Part shown: one piece after another, positions 17,031 to 26,945 of the stretch
How positions within the stretch are numbered: position 1 is the first letter of the stretch
Layout: each line of letters opens with the position of its first letter
Source: a virus
Virus record (IMG/VR): IMGVR_UViG_3300024966_000001
Span: 1 to 64,000 of that record
Reading direction: 5' to 3' (one strand)
DNA: 64,000 nt
Translations under genes and position numbers: made by a program
Notes under the pieces: generated by a model
Seen by the model: the letters and a program-made list of their open reading frames with translations, nothing else
Databases searched by the model: none
What the model was told of the DNA's origin: nothing

Positions 17031-18556
17031 TGTCCGATAAGCGCGTACTACTTCCTGAAGATCCGCGATGGCTTCCGTTTTGCGAGCGATACGCGGGCGA
17101 CTTGGAAAAGTTCGCCATTGAAGTGCAGGGGGTTATTCCATCCTCGCAACAAGTTGAGTTATTTGCAAGTGTTTCGCCGTCACGGTCACGCACGTCGGTG
17201 GCTTCTGGTCATGGGACTGGAAAAACCTTTTCAATCGCCAATATCGTACTTTGGCATCTTCTCTGTTACCCGATGTCCGTAACATTGCTCACGGCAAACG
17301 ACATGGACCAGCTGAAGGTAACGGTATGGAAAGAAATTGGCATAGCACTGGAGCGTATCAGGCGAGGGCCGCATGGATGGATTGCCGAGCACGTTGATAT
17401 TTTAGCCGACGCTACGTGCCGTGTTGTTGGTTTTGAGGCGGTATGGTTTGTAGAATCTAAGACAGCCAATGAAAAGACTGCAAACAAGATGGCCGGGCGC
17501 CACGGCGAATGGCTGTTAATTATCGGCGACGAAGCATCCTCATTGCCCGAGATTGTGCTGACAACGCTCTCAGGAGCACTTACTGAGCAGCACAACCGGA
17601 TGATGTTGACCAGTCAGCCGACCCGTAACGCCGGTTTTTTCTACCGAACACACAATGACCTTTCAAGCAATAACGGCGGCGAATGGACATCGTTAGTATT
17701 TGATTCGTTTGATTCTCCGTTTGTTAGCGATGAGTCGCTTATGGAACTGTGGAATCAGTACGAGGATGACGAGCGTAATGTCAGGTTGCTTGGCCGGTTT
17801 CCACAGGATTCATCAAAGCACATGATGAGCCGGGCTGTTGCTGAGTCAATGTACACGCGAGGCCGTATTATTCAAGATAATGAGAATTACGGCTGGCTTT
17901 CCCTGGGTGATATTGCGTCTGGTGAGGGGTTACGCGATAAGTCGGCAAACGTCATCGCAAAGGTTGTCGGTTATGGCGATATTGGCCCGGATGCGCGGCG
18001 GGTAGAGGTCGTCATCATCCCGCTGTTGACCAATAAAATACGCTCAAATCAGTTTGCGTGGTCAATGGTCGACAATGGTTCTGATTTTCATAATATTACC
18101 TATACGGTTGACTCGGGTGGTCTTGGTATTAATGTGTGCCAGGATCTCGAAGATGCCGATAAGGTTGTTCACCGGGTCAACTGGGGCAATCCTTGTTTCA
18201 AGAAAAGCAATAAGGATCGATACCTTAATCTTAGGGCTCAAGCCATGCACCAAGCGGCTAGGGCGGCTAAAGAGGGGCGTTTATCTGTACTGACTGTTGA
18301 TTTTAAGAACGTAATGCTGGATCAGTCATCGCGCATACCGAAAGACTTTACCGATAAGGGGCGTATTCGAGTGCCGCCCAAGGGATCTAAAGAATGGGAT
18401 GGCCTGGGCAGTCCGGATTTGTGGGACGCAGTGTGCTTTGCGTTTCTTGAGAACGTAAATTACATGGTTTGTGAGAGCGATAAAGGCGGAGATGGGATTA
18501 CGGCAGCCGACACAGCCAAGGCCGAGGCCGCGAATATGTTTGCTGATGTGGCTTAA
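17030..18556 (+). CDS. Terminase large subunit (P1 PacB-like)
   Basis: SVASGHGTGKT Walker A, IIGDEAS Walker B, SQPTRNAGFFY, C-terminal SPDLWDA nuclease motif. Confidence 0.92.
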   Translation: MSDKRVLLPEDPRWLPFCERYAGDLEKFAIEVQGVIPSSQQVELFASVSPSRSRTSVASGHGTGKTFSIANIVLWHLLCYPMSVTLLTANDMDQLKVTVWKEIGIALERIRRGPHGWIAEHVDILADATCRVVGFEAVWFVESKTANEKTANKMAGRHGEWLLIIGDEASSLPEIVLTTLSGALTEQHNRMMLTSQPTRNAGFFYRTHNDLSSNNGGEWTSLVFDSFDSPFVSDESLMELWNQYEDDERNVRLLGRFPQDSSKHMMSRAVAESMYTRGRIIQDNENYGWLSLGDIASGEGLRDKSANVIAKVVGYGDIGPDARRVEVVIIPLLTNKIRSNQFAWSMVDNGSDFHNITYTVDSGGLGINVCQDLEDADKVVHRVNWGNPCFKKSNKDRYLNLRAQAMHQAARAAKEGRLSVLTVDFKNVMLDQSSRIPKDFTDKGRIRVPPKGSKEWDGLGSPDLWDAVCFAFLENVNYMVCESDKGGDGITAADTAKAEAANMFADVA

Positions 18557-18557
18557 T

Positions 18558-18825
18558 TTGACAACTGCTATAGGTGCGGCTATGCTTTGTCTCGGAGTCT
18601 CGAAATCTCCTCTCAAAGCGGAACCCGCACCCGAAAGACCATGCGGTATTTTTTTGCCTTGCATTTTTCAGATTATCGATCAATGTTGGGGATAGGCTAA
18701 TACAAGACCCGAAAGGGAAATAGGCCTGACTGTCTTTGAGCAGTTTCGAGTCCCCGACACCAAACGGAATAGGGGGTATATGGATAATCCACATACCCCT
18801 TTAATAATCGAAAATAACTCAAGGA
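18558..18825 (+). ncRNA. C4-like antisense RNA immunity cassette 3
   Basis: TTGACA-N17-TATGCT; CTCGAAA/CTCAAAG (18599-18618) and TCGAAA/CTCAAG (18808-18823) flank complements CTTTGAG/TTTCGAG (18734-18750); shares CCGCACCCGA and AATACAAGACC with cassette 2. Confidence 0.7.
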
Positions 18826-18831
18826 ACCATC

Positions 18832-19851
18832 ATGACCACTCAAACATTAACCATCAATTTCCACGGCACTGATTTATTCATCGTTGAACACGACGGACAG
18901 CCTTATACTCCAATGAAAACCATCGTTGAAGGAATGGGTTTAAATTGGGCAAGTCAGTTTGTAAAACTGAAATCAAATGAACAAAGATGGGGTATTGTGA
19001 AAATCGCAATCCCCACCCTTGGCGACATGCAAGAGGCTATATGTATGCCTTTGCGCAAACTAGCTGGGTGGCTATCAACAATCAGCCCAAACAAGGTTAA
19101 GGCAGATTTACGCGATACCATTATCTATTATCAAAATGAATGCGATGATGTCTTATGGAATCACTGGACAAAAGAACATGTTCAATACGGCCTAAAACAA
19201 CTCCCAGAACCTAAAACCAAAAAAGCCCTGCCCGGCGGACTGACTCTTGAAATGCAGGACGAAATCAAAGCTCTGATCAAAGAGCGCGTCGAAATGCTAC
19301 CGCAAGAGAAATGGCGTGGTGCATCAATGCAGCTTTGGGGTAGCATTAAAAAGAAATTCAGCTTAACCAAAGAGCAATCTTACAAAGATTTATCGCCAGA
19401 GCATTATGCCAGCTGCCTTTCCATGCTTACCAGATTGGAGCTAAAAGGCGACCCACTACTTCACGTCACGCCGCTGGAACTTGCCGCCCTGGTAGATGAG
19501 CGGGTTAAGGCGATTGAGGGCGAATTATTGCCCAAAACAAAGCCCGTGCAATACAACAGCATCACACTAAACCTTGTACCGATTACCGACGGCAAGATGA
19601 AGCGCTTTATGGTAACTCAACATCCTGAGGGTGGGATGGATTTTTGGGCGGTCGGTGACGATAAGAAAATCATGACCGACGAGCAAATGATCTTGCATTT
19701 ACAAAATAATAATTATGTCGTTGTCGAGCGCACACCCGGCGGCATGACCCGTATGGTTGCGCACTATTTGCCTCATCAGGTCTTGCCGGTTCTATTACGA
19801 GCTATTGGTGAGCGAATTGAAAGAACTGAAACGGGTAAATTGCAGGCTTAA
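18832..19851 (+). CDS. P22 Ant-like antirepressor (P22_AR_N domain plus ORF6C-like region)
   Basis: INFHGTDL...PYTPMKTIVEGMGLNW...CMPLRKLAGWLSTISPNKV...YQNECDDVLWNHW. Confidence 0.88.
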   Translation: MTTQTLTINFHGTDLFIVEHDGQPYTPMKTIVEGMGLNWASQFVKLKSNEQRWGIVKIAIPTLGDMQEAICMPLRKLAGWLSTISPNKVKADLRDTIIYYQNECDDVLWNHWTKEHVQYGLKQLPEPKTKKALPGGLTLEMQDEIKALIKERVEMLPQEKWRGASMQLWGSIKKKFSLTKEQSYKDLSPEHYASCLSMLTRLELKGDPLLHVTPLELAALVDERVKAIEGELLPKTKPVQYNSITLNLVPITDGKMKRFMVTQHPEGGMDFWAVGDDKKIMTDEQMILHLQNNNYVVVERTPGGMTRMVAHYLPHQVLPVLLRAIGERIERTETGKLQA

Positions 19852-19886
19852 TTGCCGAGTGCCATCAAGCCAAGGATGGCGTACTC

Positions 19887-19926
19887 GGAAAACGCCAAAA
19901 ATCATTAATCCAAATCCAATTAACCT
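19887..19926 (+). promoter_or_regulatory. Late-type promoter motif copy 1
   Basis: GGAAAAC-N27-TAACCT. Confidence 0.7.
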
Positions 19927-19975
19927 ATCCGCTCATTGTAAAAAAAATGAATTAGTTAATTTTAGGAGACATATC

Positions 19976-20281
19976 TTGAAGAAAATACCTTATCTTGTTG
20001 CACTCATGATTGCGTTTTTTGTTAGCTTGGCTGCTCCAGTAGCCGCTATGGCTGATACCGAAACCGGCTGGGTGGCGCAACATCAAAGTAATGAGGTTTC
20101 GGCCATTTACGCTGAGCCGGTTATCTTGCATGCAAATCGAAGCGGTATCACAGATACTGTTTTGGATTTTTATGCTGTATTGCCTAACGATAGAGGCTAT
20201 TCTCGACCGAGTTCAGATCAGGTTATGGGTTATAACGGCAAGGCTGTTGTGGCTGGTTACAAAGATCGACCGGGTTGGTAA
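19976..20281 (+). CDS. Small secreted protein
   Basis: AGGAG RBS, TTG start, signal peptide MKKIPYLVALMIAFFVSLAAPVAAMA. Confidence 0.65.
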   Translation: MKKIPYLVALMIAFFVSLAAPVAAMADTETGWVAQHQSNEVSAIYAEPVILHANRSGITDTVLDFYAVLPNDRGYSRPSSDQVMGYNGKAVVAGYKDRPGW

Positions 20282-20300
20282 ATGTAGTTTTGACCAACAC

Positions 20301-20340
20301 AAAAAGCCCCTTGCATGAAGAATGTTAAGGGGCTTTTTTA
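20301..20340. terminator. Bidirectional terminator
   Basis: AAAAAGCCCCTT...AAGGGGCTTTTT. Confidence 0.8.
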
Positions 20341-20355
20341 TTGCCCGGCGCATTC

Positions 20356-20395
20356 GGAAAACCGCAAATAAATAGGCAATTTACCCGCCTATCAT
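20356..20395 (+). promoter_or_regulatory. Late-type promoter motif copy 2
   Basis: GGAAAAC-N27-TATCAT, upstream of the protease gene. Confidence 0.75.
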
Positions 20396-20425
20396 TGCCC
20401 TGACAGTTTTTAATAGGGTAATGCC

Positions 20426-21292
20426 ATGCCAAAGTCAATCGTACAGCCACCGCTGATAACCTACAACCTGAATGACCGCGGCCGTAAGCATCGTGGAAAG
20501 GACAGAAATTTCAATATCAAGGCTATTTGTGACGCGATAAATAGTCCTGCCTGTCAGGAGCGTGTCAAGACTCGCGCTATGCTGGGCTACTACGGGCATT
20601 TACCAAGGCGATTAGCCGGACTGGAGCCGGTTGAAAGCTTGGTCAATTCTGGAAAGTACAATGAAATAGAACCGGCCATCGTAACGACAAGCCTTGAAGC
20701 GTTTCCGGATGGAACAATCAGGCATCAAACTGAATTCCTTGATTCTTTTCCAGGCAGAAAAGCCGCTCGAATGTTTGCCAATAAGGTCGGCGGATTCAGT
20801 TCGGCCATTGATAAAAATAAGCCTGAAATGTTTGGTTTTGACTATGTTTTGGACCCGAACTACTCCACTAACCGTGGATTCACGCTGGATTCAGCGGGCG
20901 TTACCTTTGATGACGCATCCGGGGAAGAGTTAGCGCTTGATCAGGTTATCGAAATTGTTCAGAGTGAGGAGCAAGAGTCTTTGCTTTCAATAATCGAGCA
21001 AAAAAACGCCCAAATCGAGCAAATGGCGCAGGCACTTGATAGCGCAAACGCCGAAAATGAAGAACTGCTTTCGATACTGGCATCCAAGAACACCAACGCC
21101 GTTCTCGATAGCGCGTCTATAGCGCCAATAGCTGTGTCTTTGGATAGCATTGACCGTATCAAAAAAGACACCGAATTCTTCAGACAGACAGCGAAATTGC
21201 CTGGCTTTGTAGCGCCGTTATCCGGCGACCAAAAACAGGCCGAAAAAGAAACTAACGACCTGTTTGGTCGGATGAGTCAGCGCAATGTTTGA
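20426..21292 (+). CDS. Prohead processing protease (P1 Pro-like)
   Basis: QERV...MLGYYGH, GGFSSA, FGFDYVLDPNY; acidic coiled-coil C-terminus. Confidence 0.75.
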   Translation: MPKSIVQPPLITYNLNDRGRKHRGKDRNFNIKAICDAINSPACQERVKTRAMLGYYGHLPRRLAGLEPVESLVNSGKYNEIEPAIVTTSLEAFPDGTIRHQTEFLDSFPGRKAARMFANKVGGFSSAIDKNKPEMFGFDYVLDPNYSTNRGFTLDSAGVTFDDASGEELALDQVIEIVQSEEQESLLSIIEQKNAQIEQMAQALDSANAENEELLSILASKNTNAVLDSASIAPIAVSLDSIDRIKKDTEFFRQTAKLPGFVAPLSGDQKQAEKETNDLFGRMSQRNV

Positions 21293-22013
21293 GGCGGTTA
21301 AGGTTGGCTTTGGTGGCTACATGGGGGCATTTTATACGTCCATTTCGTCAACAACAATGAAGTCGCTGCATGAGTACACAGCGCGTGGACTTGCAAAGAG
21401 TATCGTTTGGGCGCCATCCAGAATGATTGACCAGGCCGAAGATATGCTGTCTTTATGGCAGCGTAACGATACCGATAGCAGCGACACTCATCCAGCCAAG
21501 TTGCCGGTGGTTATTGTAGCCGTTGCCAGGGATTACACGCCAACTGGCAGGGATTTTACGCGGCAGATTTCTGACTCCACACACGTCATTATCCCAGGCG
21601 ATACCAAAGAGCGTCATTTTGGCTTACGGACTATTGCCGGGGACATTCGCGCGCAAGTAGCCATATTCGCAGCCGACGAGCCGACAGCGCACTCTCTTGC
21701 ATCCCAGTTTTGCCTATTCCTTGATGCTATGCCGAATCGGCGCTTTCATGCCGATTATGCTTTTGCCGGTGTAACGACCGGGTGGCCGGTGCAGATCGAG
21801 TCTCCCGATAGTCCAGTAGCATCCGTCCAAACCGGGTTAAAAAACGTAGTGATTATGGTTGTCGACTTAACTTTAAAGGCCTCAATCCCGCTATTCGATG
21901 CGCCTAAAGTTGGCGACCCTTATAACGACGGCAAAGGAACTCCAGGAACCGATGACCCGGCCGGTTATCAACTGGTTGTCCAGGTTGATGTGACCGATAC
22001 GGAGATTCAATGA
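21285..22013 (+). CDS. Virion morphogenesis protein (neck/tail completion-like)
   Basis: Position in the late operon, overlapping the previous stop codon. Confidence 0.55.
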   Translation: MFEAVKVGFGGYMGAFYTSISSTTMKSLHEYTARGLAKSIVWAPSRMIDQAEDMLSLWQRNDTDSSDTHPAKLPVVIVAVARDYTPTGRDFTRQISDSTHVIIPGDTKERHFGLRTIAGDIRAQVAIFAADEPTAHSLASQFCLFLDAMPNRRFHADYAFAGVTTGWPVQIESPDSPVASVQTGLKNVVIMVVDLTLKASIPLFDAPKVGDPYNDGKGTPGTDDPAGYQLVVQVDVTDTEIQ

Positions 22014-22225
22014 TGGTTTTAACGCTAATTGATTTTTCGTTGCGGTACTTCGTGATTGGTTTGGTAACCCTGCTTGTCTTGATTCAGATCGCTAAAAAGG
22101 ATGATTACGACTATCAAAGCATGTCTGAAAATCTTGGTCGATTTGTTATTTTTGGGATACTTGGGTGGCCTTATGTGGCGGTTGTGTGGGTTTTCTCGTG
22201 GTCAATCTGGCTCAAGAAATTATGA
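22010..22225 (+). CDS. Small two-TM membrane protein
   Basis: Two hydrophobic segments; ATGA overlaps on both sides. Confidence 0.6.
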   Translation: MMVLTLIDFSLRYFVIGLVTLLVLIQIAKKDDYDYQSMSENLGRFVIFGILGWPYVAVVWVFSWSIWLKKL

Positions 22226-22722
22226 TTGCCATACAAACCACAATAGTCGGCTATTCGGGCAAGCCCTGTACGCTATTTTCGGCATATGACCAAGAATCTC
22301 AGGTATTGGTTGTGTCGGTCGAGGCGGCATACCGTCGGGACCGGCGCGATGGCTGTATGGTCATTACCAATGATGACAATATCGAACGTGACGGACTGTT
22401 CTCGGAAGAAGATTTGCAAACATCCATTACTTCATATTTCAGCATGCTGGGCAGTGTGGCCTTGGACGGAAAAAGCTCCAGGGTTGTGTTCGCCGACAAG
22501 GCGGCGCGGGCAAACCCGGCGCAATCGATTGAAAAAGACGGAATGGACTCGAGTGGTCAGCGCTACCGAATTGCCGAAACCATTACCAGTGCTCAAATTG
22601 CCGCATTGGCAACCTGTTGGTATACCTCATCACGAGTCAACACCATAGACAAAATGCTAATCATGGCAGACAAGCTGTTAGACATAGAGCTTCTTAATCG
22701 TGGCGGGATTTTAACAATATGA
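22222..22722 (+). CDS. Phage hypothetical protein
   Basis: Translationally coupled ORF in the late operon. Confidence 0.65.
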   Translation: MIAIQTTIVGYSGKPCTLFSAYDQESQVLVVSVEAAYRRDRRDGCMVITNDDNIERDGLFSEEDLQTSITSYFSMLGSVALDGKSSRVVFADKAARANPAQSIEKDGMDSSGQRYRIAETITSAQIAALATCWYTSSRVNTIDKMLIMADKLLDIELLNRGGILTI

Positions 22723-23174
22723 ACCAATTAACTTATGCGCGAAAAACGTCGATACTTTTTGCTTTGGCTTTGATGTATTCGTGCTCGCATCCTGATCCTG
22801 TTATGGCGGTCGAATACGGAGATAAGCCAGCAACGGTAATCAAGGTACATGACGGCGATACTATCGCTGTATCAATACCTGATTGGCCCAGCGTGATCGG
22901 CAATAAAATTCCTGTCCGTGTTTATGGGATCGATACGCCGGAACTATTGGGCAAATGCGCCAATGAAAAAGCAAAAGCGCTATTGGCTAAAGCGTTCACT
23001 GAAAACTTTGTCAATTCAAAGCTGGTCACGTTAAAGGCGATCAAGCGCGACAAGTATTTCAGAATCCTGGCAAGTGTTTACGTGGGCGATAGCAGCCTTG
23101 CCGATGGATTACTTAAAGCAAATCTGGCTCGACCGTATTTTGGCAGTAGCAAATCGAATTGGTGTGCGCCTTAA
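22719..23174 (+). CDS. Thermonuclease (SNase family) with signal/lipoprotein-like N-terminus
   Basis: VHDGDTI, VRVYGIDTPE, DKYFRILA. Confidence 0.9.
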   Translation: MNQLTYARKTSILFALALMYSCSHPDPVMAVEYGDKPATVIKVHDGDTIAVSIPDWPSVIGNKIPVRVYGIDTPELLGKCANEKAKALLAKAFTENFVNSKLVTLKAIKRDKYFRILASVYVGDSSLADGLLKANLARPYFGSSKSNWCAP

Positions 23175-23509
23175 TGAGCGATGTAGACAGCCAGGCCGCA
23201 AAGGACTTTTACAGGGAAGTACGGCGGTTTTCTGAGCGCACAAAGCTTTGGGAGAAAGCAATATTTCACGAAGTAACGCCGGATGAAATGCGGGACTTTA
23301 CCCTTGTTTCGGCGCGTGTTTATGGTCGGCGCGATGAGTATTTGGCTGTTATGGCAGCGGCCGGTATAGATACTGTCGATCAGCCTTTGCCACAAAAGAC
23401 GCTGGTATTGCCGACCGACTCGCAGTTGAGCGTAATTAAGCGCCTGACCGGCTTTGAAAGCCGGGATGAATATCGTCAGGATGGCAAGCCAACTTGGAGT
23501 GAGGATTAA
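23174..23509 (+). CDS. Baseplate wedge protein (LysM-like/P1 gp26-like)
   Basis: VTPDE...TLVSARVYG...LVLPT pattern. Confidence 0.6.
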   Translation: MSDVDSQAAKDFYREVRRFSERTKLWEKAIFHEVTPDEMRDFTLVSARVYGRRDEYLAVMAAAGIDTVDQPLPQKTLVLPTDSQLSVIKRLTGFESRDEYRQDGKPTWSED

Positions 23510-23511
23510 AT

Positions 23512-24618
23512 ATGGCCGATAACTCATGGCTTGGTAGCTTAAAAGGGTCGGCTTCAGAGGCGAAGCAGCGGGCAAAAGAAGATGCCGCACAGCGCAAGGC
23601 TGAAGGGCAGCGAAAGGATAGTATCATCCTAAATCAGAAGGATATACAAACCGGCAGCTGGGATGCAACAAAGGTTTTATTTACAACTATCGGCGGGCAG
23701 CTTCGACCTATAACGGCCGATGATTTGGCAGCATTCCGGCGCAACATTGCTTCGGCGCAGTCACAAACAGGAAGATTTGCAAAAGGTGTTACAGCAAAGC
23801 AGGTTATAGACTGGTCGGCCGGTATTGTTCAGGGCACACAGTTTGCAGTTTATGGTATTCAAAAATCTGATTTAGACCGGGCAACTCGCGAGATAACGAT
23901 GGCCGTCCCGGTATCGGCTCAAAACAGTGTCGATGGGCAGGGCGCAAAGGTACGATTTATCACCAATGCTGGACCTGATTCCGATGTGTCTCGGCATCAT
24001 ATCCTGGTTGAGTTCATGAACTATGGCCCCGAAGCAGCATCCGGGCTTACCGATCCGCGTAAATCAGCTATGCGCTTACGCAACGGCCCGCTAAAAATTG
24101 AGTGCGATTGCGGTCGCTGGCGCTACTGGTTTAGATATTTGGCTACGATCGGCGGCTATAACGCCGGGCGACCAGAAACGGGTTACCCAAAAATACGCAA
24201 CCCAAAACTACAAGGAATAGCCTGTAAGCACATTGTCAGGGTTATGTCTGAGGTTAAGTCTGGATCGGCAACGCTTAATTTTTTAACCAAATTAATGGAC
24301 AAGGCCAAGTCAAGCGACGAGGCCAAGGCGGCTCTACGAAGTAAACAATCAGAGGCCGAAAAACTAATTAAAAACCAATCCAGGCGCACGGCCGGCAACG
24401 AGATTAAAGCCAGTGAACAAAAACGACTGGAGCGCTCAGCAAAGAACGCCGCCAACGCCACCAAGCAAGCCGCAAAACCGAAAAAAGAAAAGCGCATGTC
24501 CAAAAAAATAGCCGGAATGACTCCAGATCAAAGGGAGGCGGCTTTACGCGCGTCGATGGCTCAGTTTGGAGCGGTGCCGACACCTGAGCAGATATCCGGA
24601 GTAAGAAATGCTAAATAA
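23512..24618 (+). CDS. SWIM-type zinc-finger phage protein
   Basis: CDCGRWRYWFRY...IRNPKLQGIACKH. Confidence 0.7.
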   Translation: MADNSWLGSLKGSASEAKQRAKEDAAQRKAEGQRKDSIILNQKDIQTGSWDATKVLFTTIGGQLRPITADDLAAFRRNIASAQSQTGRFAKGVTAKQVIDWSAGIVQGTQFAVYGIQKSDLDRATREITMAVPVSAQNSVDGQGAKVRFITNAGPDSDVSRHHILVEFMNYGPEAASGLTDPRKSAMRLRNGPLKIECDCGRWRYWFRYLATIGGYNAGRPETGYPKIRNPKLQGIACKHIVRVMSEVKSGSATLNFLTKLMDKAKSSDEAKAALRSKQSEAEKLIKNQSRRTAGNEIKASEQKRLERSAKNAANATKQAAKPKKEKRMSKKIAGMTPDQREAALRASMAQFGAVPTPEQISGVRNAK

Positions 24619-25081
24619 TGTCCCTGAAGCCATTAATAAAATGGCTCGAAATGTCGTCATCAATCACCCTAATTCTTACAACTGCATTGCAGTGCGCAAG
24701 CGGGTAACTCGTCCGGGCGCAGTAGTCAGTGGATTGCCAACTCTTGGCGGCATGGGTGTAATCAGTTCGGACGATGAAGAGTCTATCGAATGGGATTTAC
24801 TGGGCAACGGCTATGCGCTAAAAGCAGATCCGTTCGGCGTTTCGCAGATGATGGACCGGCAGGATGCAAACAATGGATCGGAGGACGAGTTCCGGTTCTT
24901 AATCGAACCCGAAGAGGAAGGTTTGTTCGCCATAAAAAAACACGACGTAATCTACCTTGTGTTCGGTGATGTTCGCTTGGCCTTCCAGATTGTCGGCGTT
25001 GAAACAACCAGTGATATTCCGCCATACACCCAGCGCTATGTCTGCAACCGGCGGGATGATCTGCATTTCGTAGAAGGATAG
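24608..25081 (+). CDS. Putative head closure/morphogenesis protein
   Basis: Late operon position; beta-rich C-terminus. Confidence 0.5.
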   Translation: MLNNVPEAINKMARNVVINHPNSYNCIAVRKRVTRPGAVVSGLPTLGGMGVISSDDEESIEWDLLGNGYALKADPFGVSQMMDRQDANNGSEDEFRFLIEPEEEGLFAIKKHDVIYLVFGDVRLAFQIVGVETTSDIPPYTQRYVCNRRDDLHFVEG

Positions 25082-25120
25082 CCCATTAAATTACAGGGCG
25101 AACTTGTACTTTTCACACTC

Positions 25121-25160
25121 GGAAAACCTCACAAAAAGGCAAATTTTTAGAACTCAGAAT
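25121..25160 (+). promoter_or_regulatory. Late-type promoter motif copy 3
   Basis: GGAAAAC-N27-CAGAAT, upstream of the capsid gene. Confidence 0.75.
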
Positions 25161-25212
25161 TAAACCATGCCGTTGAAGACGGCATTTGTTTAACTTCTTG
25201 GGACATAAAAAA

Positions 25213-26916
25213 ATGCCAACTTCTATCCGGCGCTCGCAGCGCATCGTAAACAGCGCCACGGCTATCGGCGCGGCTCAATTCTTTGATAGTTTGAAAGACA
25301 ATAAAATTGCAACATTTGATTCCGCTAATGACGCTTCATTGGCTGTATTCGACTCGGCGGCGGCCAATGAGCTTGTTTCGGCTACGGATACGAATGTGCC
25401 GGAAAACCTGCAAATGGTTTTCGACGAAATCGGCGCTGAAAAAACAGCCGATGTTGTTAAGGCGATTCTTTGCGGGGCAAACGAATACGAAAGCAGACAT
25501 GGCGTATCGGTCCCAGCTGACGTACTGAATTATGCGTTTAGCTTGGCGGCCGGAACAACCGATCAAGCCCGTGCGGTGATGGCCCTCGACTCGGCCAACA
25601 GCTTGCATGGCGACAACTTATCGATGCAACCCAATCGCGCAGTGATCGCTGTTTATGCAGCCTTAATGGAAGCGATTCCTTTTGCGCATTATCTGCCGGT
25701 GGATATTGGCTCCAATGAAGCAAAGTTGGGCATTGTTACGCACCAAGCTGGCGGCCATTTCGGTATGTATGCGGCTAACGGCGGCATGGACGGCATCTCT
25801 TCTGGCGATCCGTACATCACGTCTTCGCGTATCCATGCCACGACCAATAGTTCCGGTGCTCATACCGGACAATTAACTTCCGTTCAAACCGACCGCGACA
25901 CTTGCGCCGCAGTCAGTGGCGATGTGGTTGCTGTTAAGTTGCTGCGAGGCCGTACTCAGGTTTACGTCAATGGCCGTATCGTTGCCCGCGAGGTCAGTTC
26001 GGCTGGCTCTGGCTTATCGACCGTTAGCGGTTCCGTGGTTATCTCCGGCACAACCTATCAAATCGGCGGAACAGTAAACACCGATACGGGCGCCATTGCA
26101 CTGACCTCTACGCCTGCGCTTGGCGACAGCGTACCGGTGCATGTTGAAGGCTTCCTCGATTACGACCGCCAACCCTCGTTGACACCAACTATCGTAACCA
26201 ACGCGGAAATGTTCTCCATTTTTGCCAAACCTTGGCAGGTGGCTACACAAATCGGCATGTCGAGCAGAACGCAAATGGCGAACGAGCTTGGTTTGGATGC
26301 GCATTGCGAAAGCTTGCTGACTATTCAGTCCCAGTTCGCGAACGAGCGTCATTACGAGGTGCTGGATAAAGCGCTGCGCCTTGCTACTTACAGCGGCAAT
26401 ACCGCTACTTTCGACTTTGCCTGGTCAACCCAAAGCGCGCAAAAAACGCGTGCCGATGTGTTGCAGGATCTCCAGTCTCACTTGGGCGTCGTGTCTCAAC
26501 AAATGGCAATTGACACCATGTCTTACGGCGTTACACACCTCTACGTCGGTAAGTATCTCGGCGCAATGATGTTGGGATTGCCTACAACCATCTGGCAGCC
26601 GTCCGGTGTGCGTCATCGCCCAAGCATTTACCGCTTAGGCCGCTTGTTTGGTCTGTACGACGTTTACTACACGCCAAAAATCATCACCGAATCCAGCTCA
26701 GCCGGTCAAATCCTGTGTATCGGTCAAGCGCCTGACGTTGCTCGCAACCCGTTTGTCTTGGGTGATGCGGTTCCACCAACACTGGTTGTATTGGGTGTTG
26801 GCATGGACCTGAAACAAGGTAACGGCTTCTACGGTCGTAACTTTACTGAAACCAATCCGCACGGACCTTCTTCAATGGGTTGCGCACTGATTAATGTCAC
26901 CAACATGGGTCTTTAA
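25213..26916 (+). CDS. Major capsid protein (P1 gp23-like)
   Basis: About 567 aa, strongly biased codons, QMANELGLD, RLGRLFGLYDVYYTP; upstream of the sheath gene. Confidence 0.8.
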   Translation: MPTSIRRSQRIVNSATAIGAAQFFDSLKDNKIATFDSANDASLAVFDSAAANELVSATDTNVPENLQMVFDEIGAEKTADVVKAILCGANEYESRHGVSVPADVLNYAFSLAAGTTDQARAVMALDSANSLHGDNLSMQPNRAVIAVYAALMEAIPFAHYLPVDIGSNEAKLGIVTHQAGGHFGMYAANGGMDGISSGDPYITSSRIHATTNSSGAHTGQLTSVQTDRDTCAAVSGDVVAVKLLRGRTQVYVNGRIVAREVSSAGSGLSTVSGSVVISGTTYQIGGTVNTDTGAIALTSTPALGDSVPVHVEGFLDYDRQPSLTPTIVTNAEMFSIFAKPWQVATQIGMSSRTQMANELGLDAHCESLLTIQSQFANERHYEVLDKALRLATYSGNTATFDFAWSTQSAQKTRADVLQDLQSHLGVVSQQMAIDTMSYGVTHLYVGKYLGAMMLGLPTTIWQPSGVRHRPSIYRLGRLFGLYDVYYTPKIITESSSAGQILCIGQAPDVARNPFVLGDAVPPTLVVLGVGMDLKQGNGFYGRNFTETNPHGPSSMGCALINVTNMGL

Positions 26917-26945
26917 GACACCGGTCTTAGCTTAGGAGCGAACTA

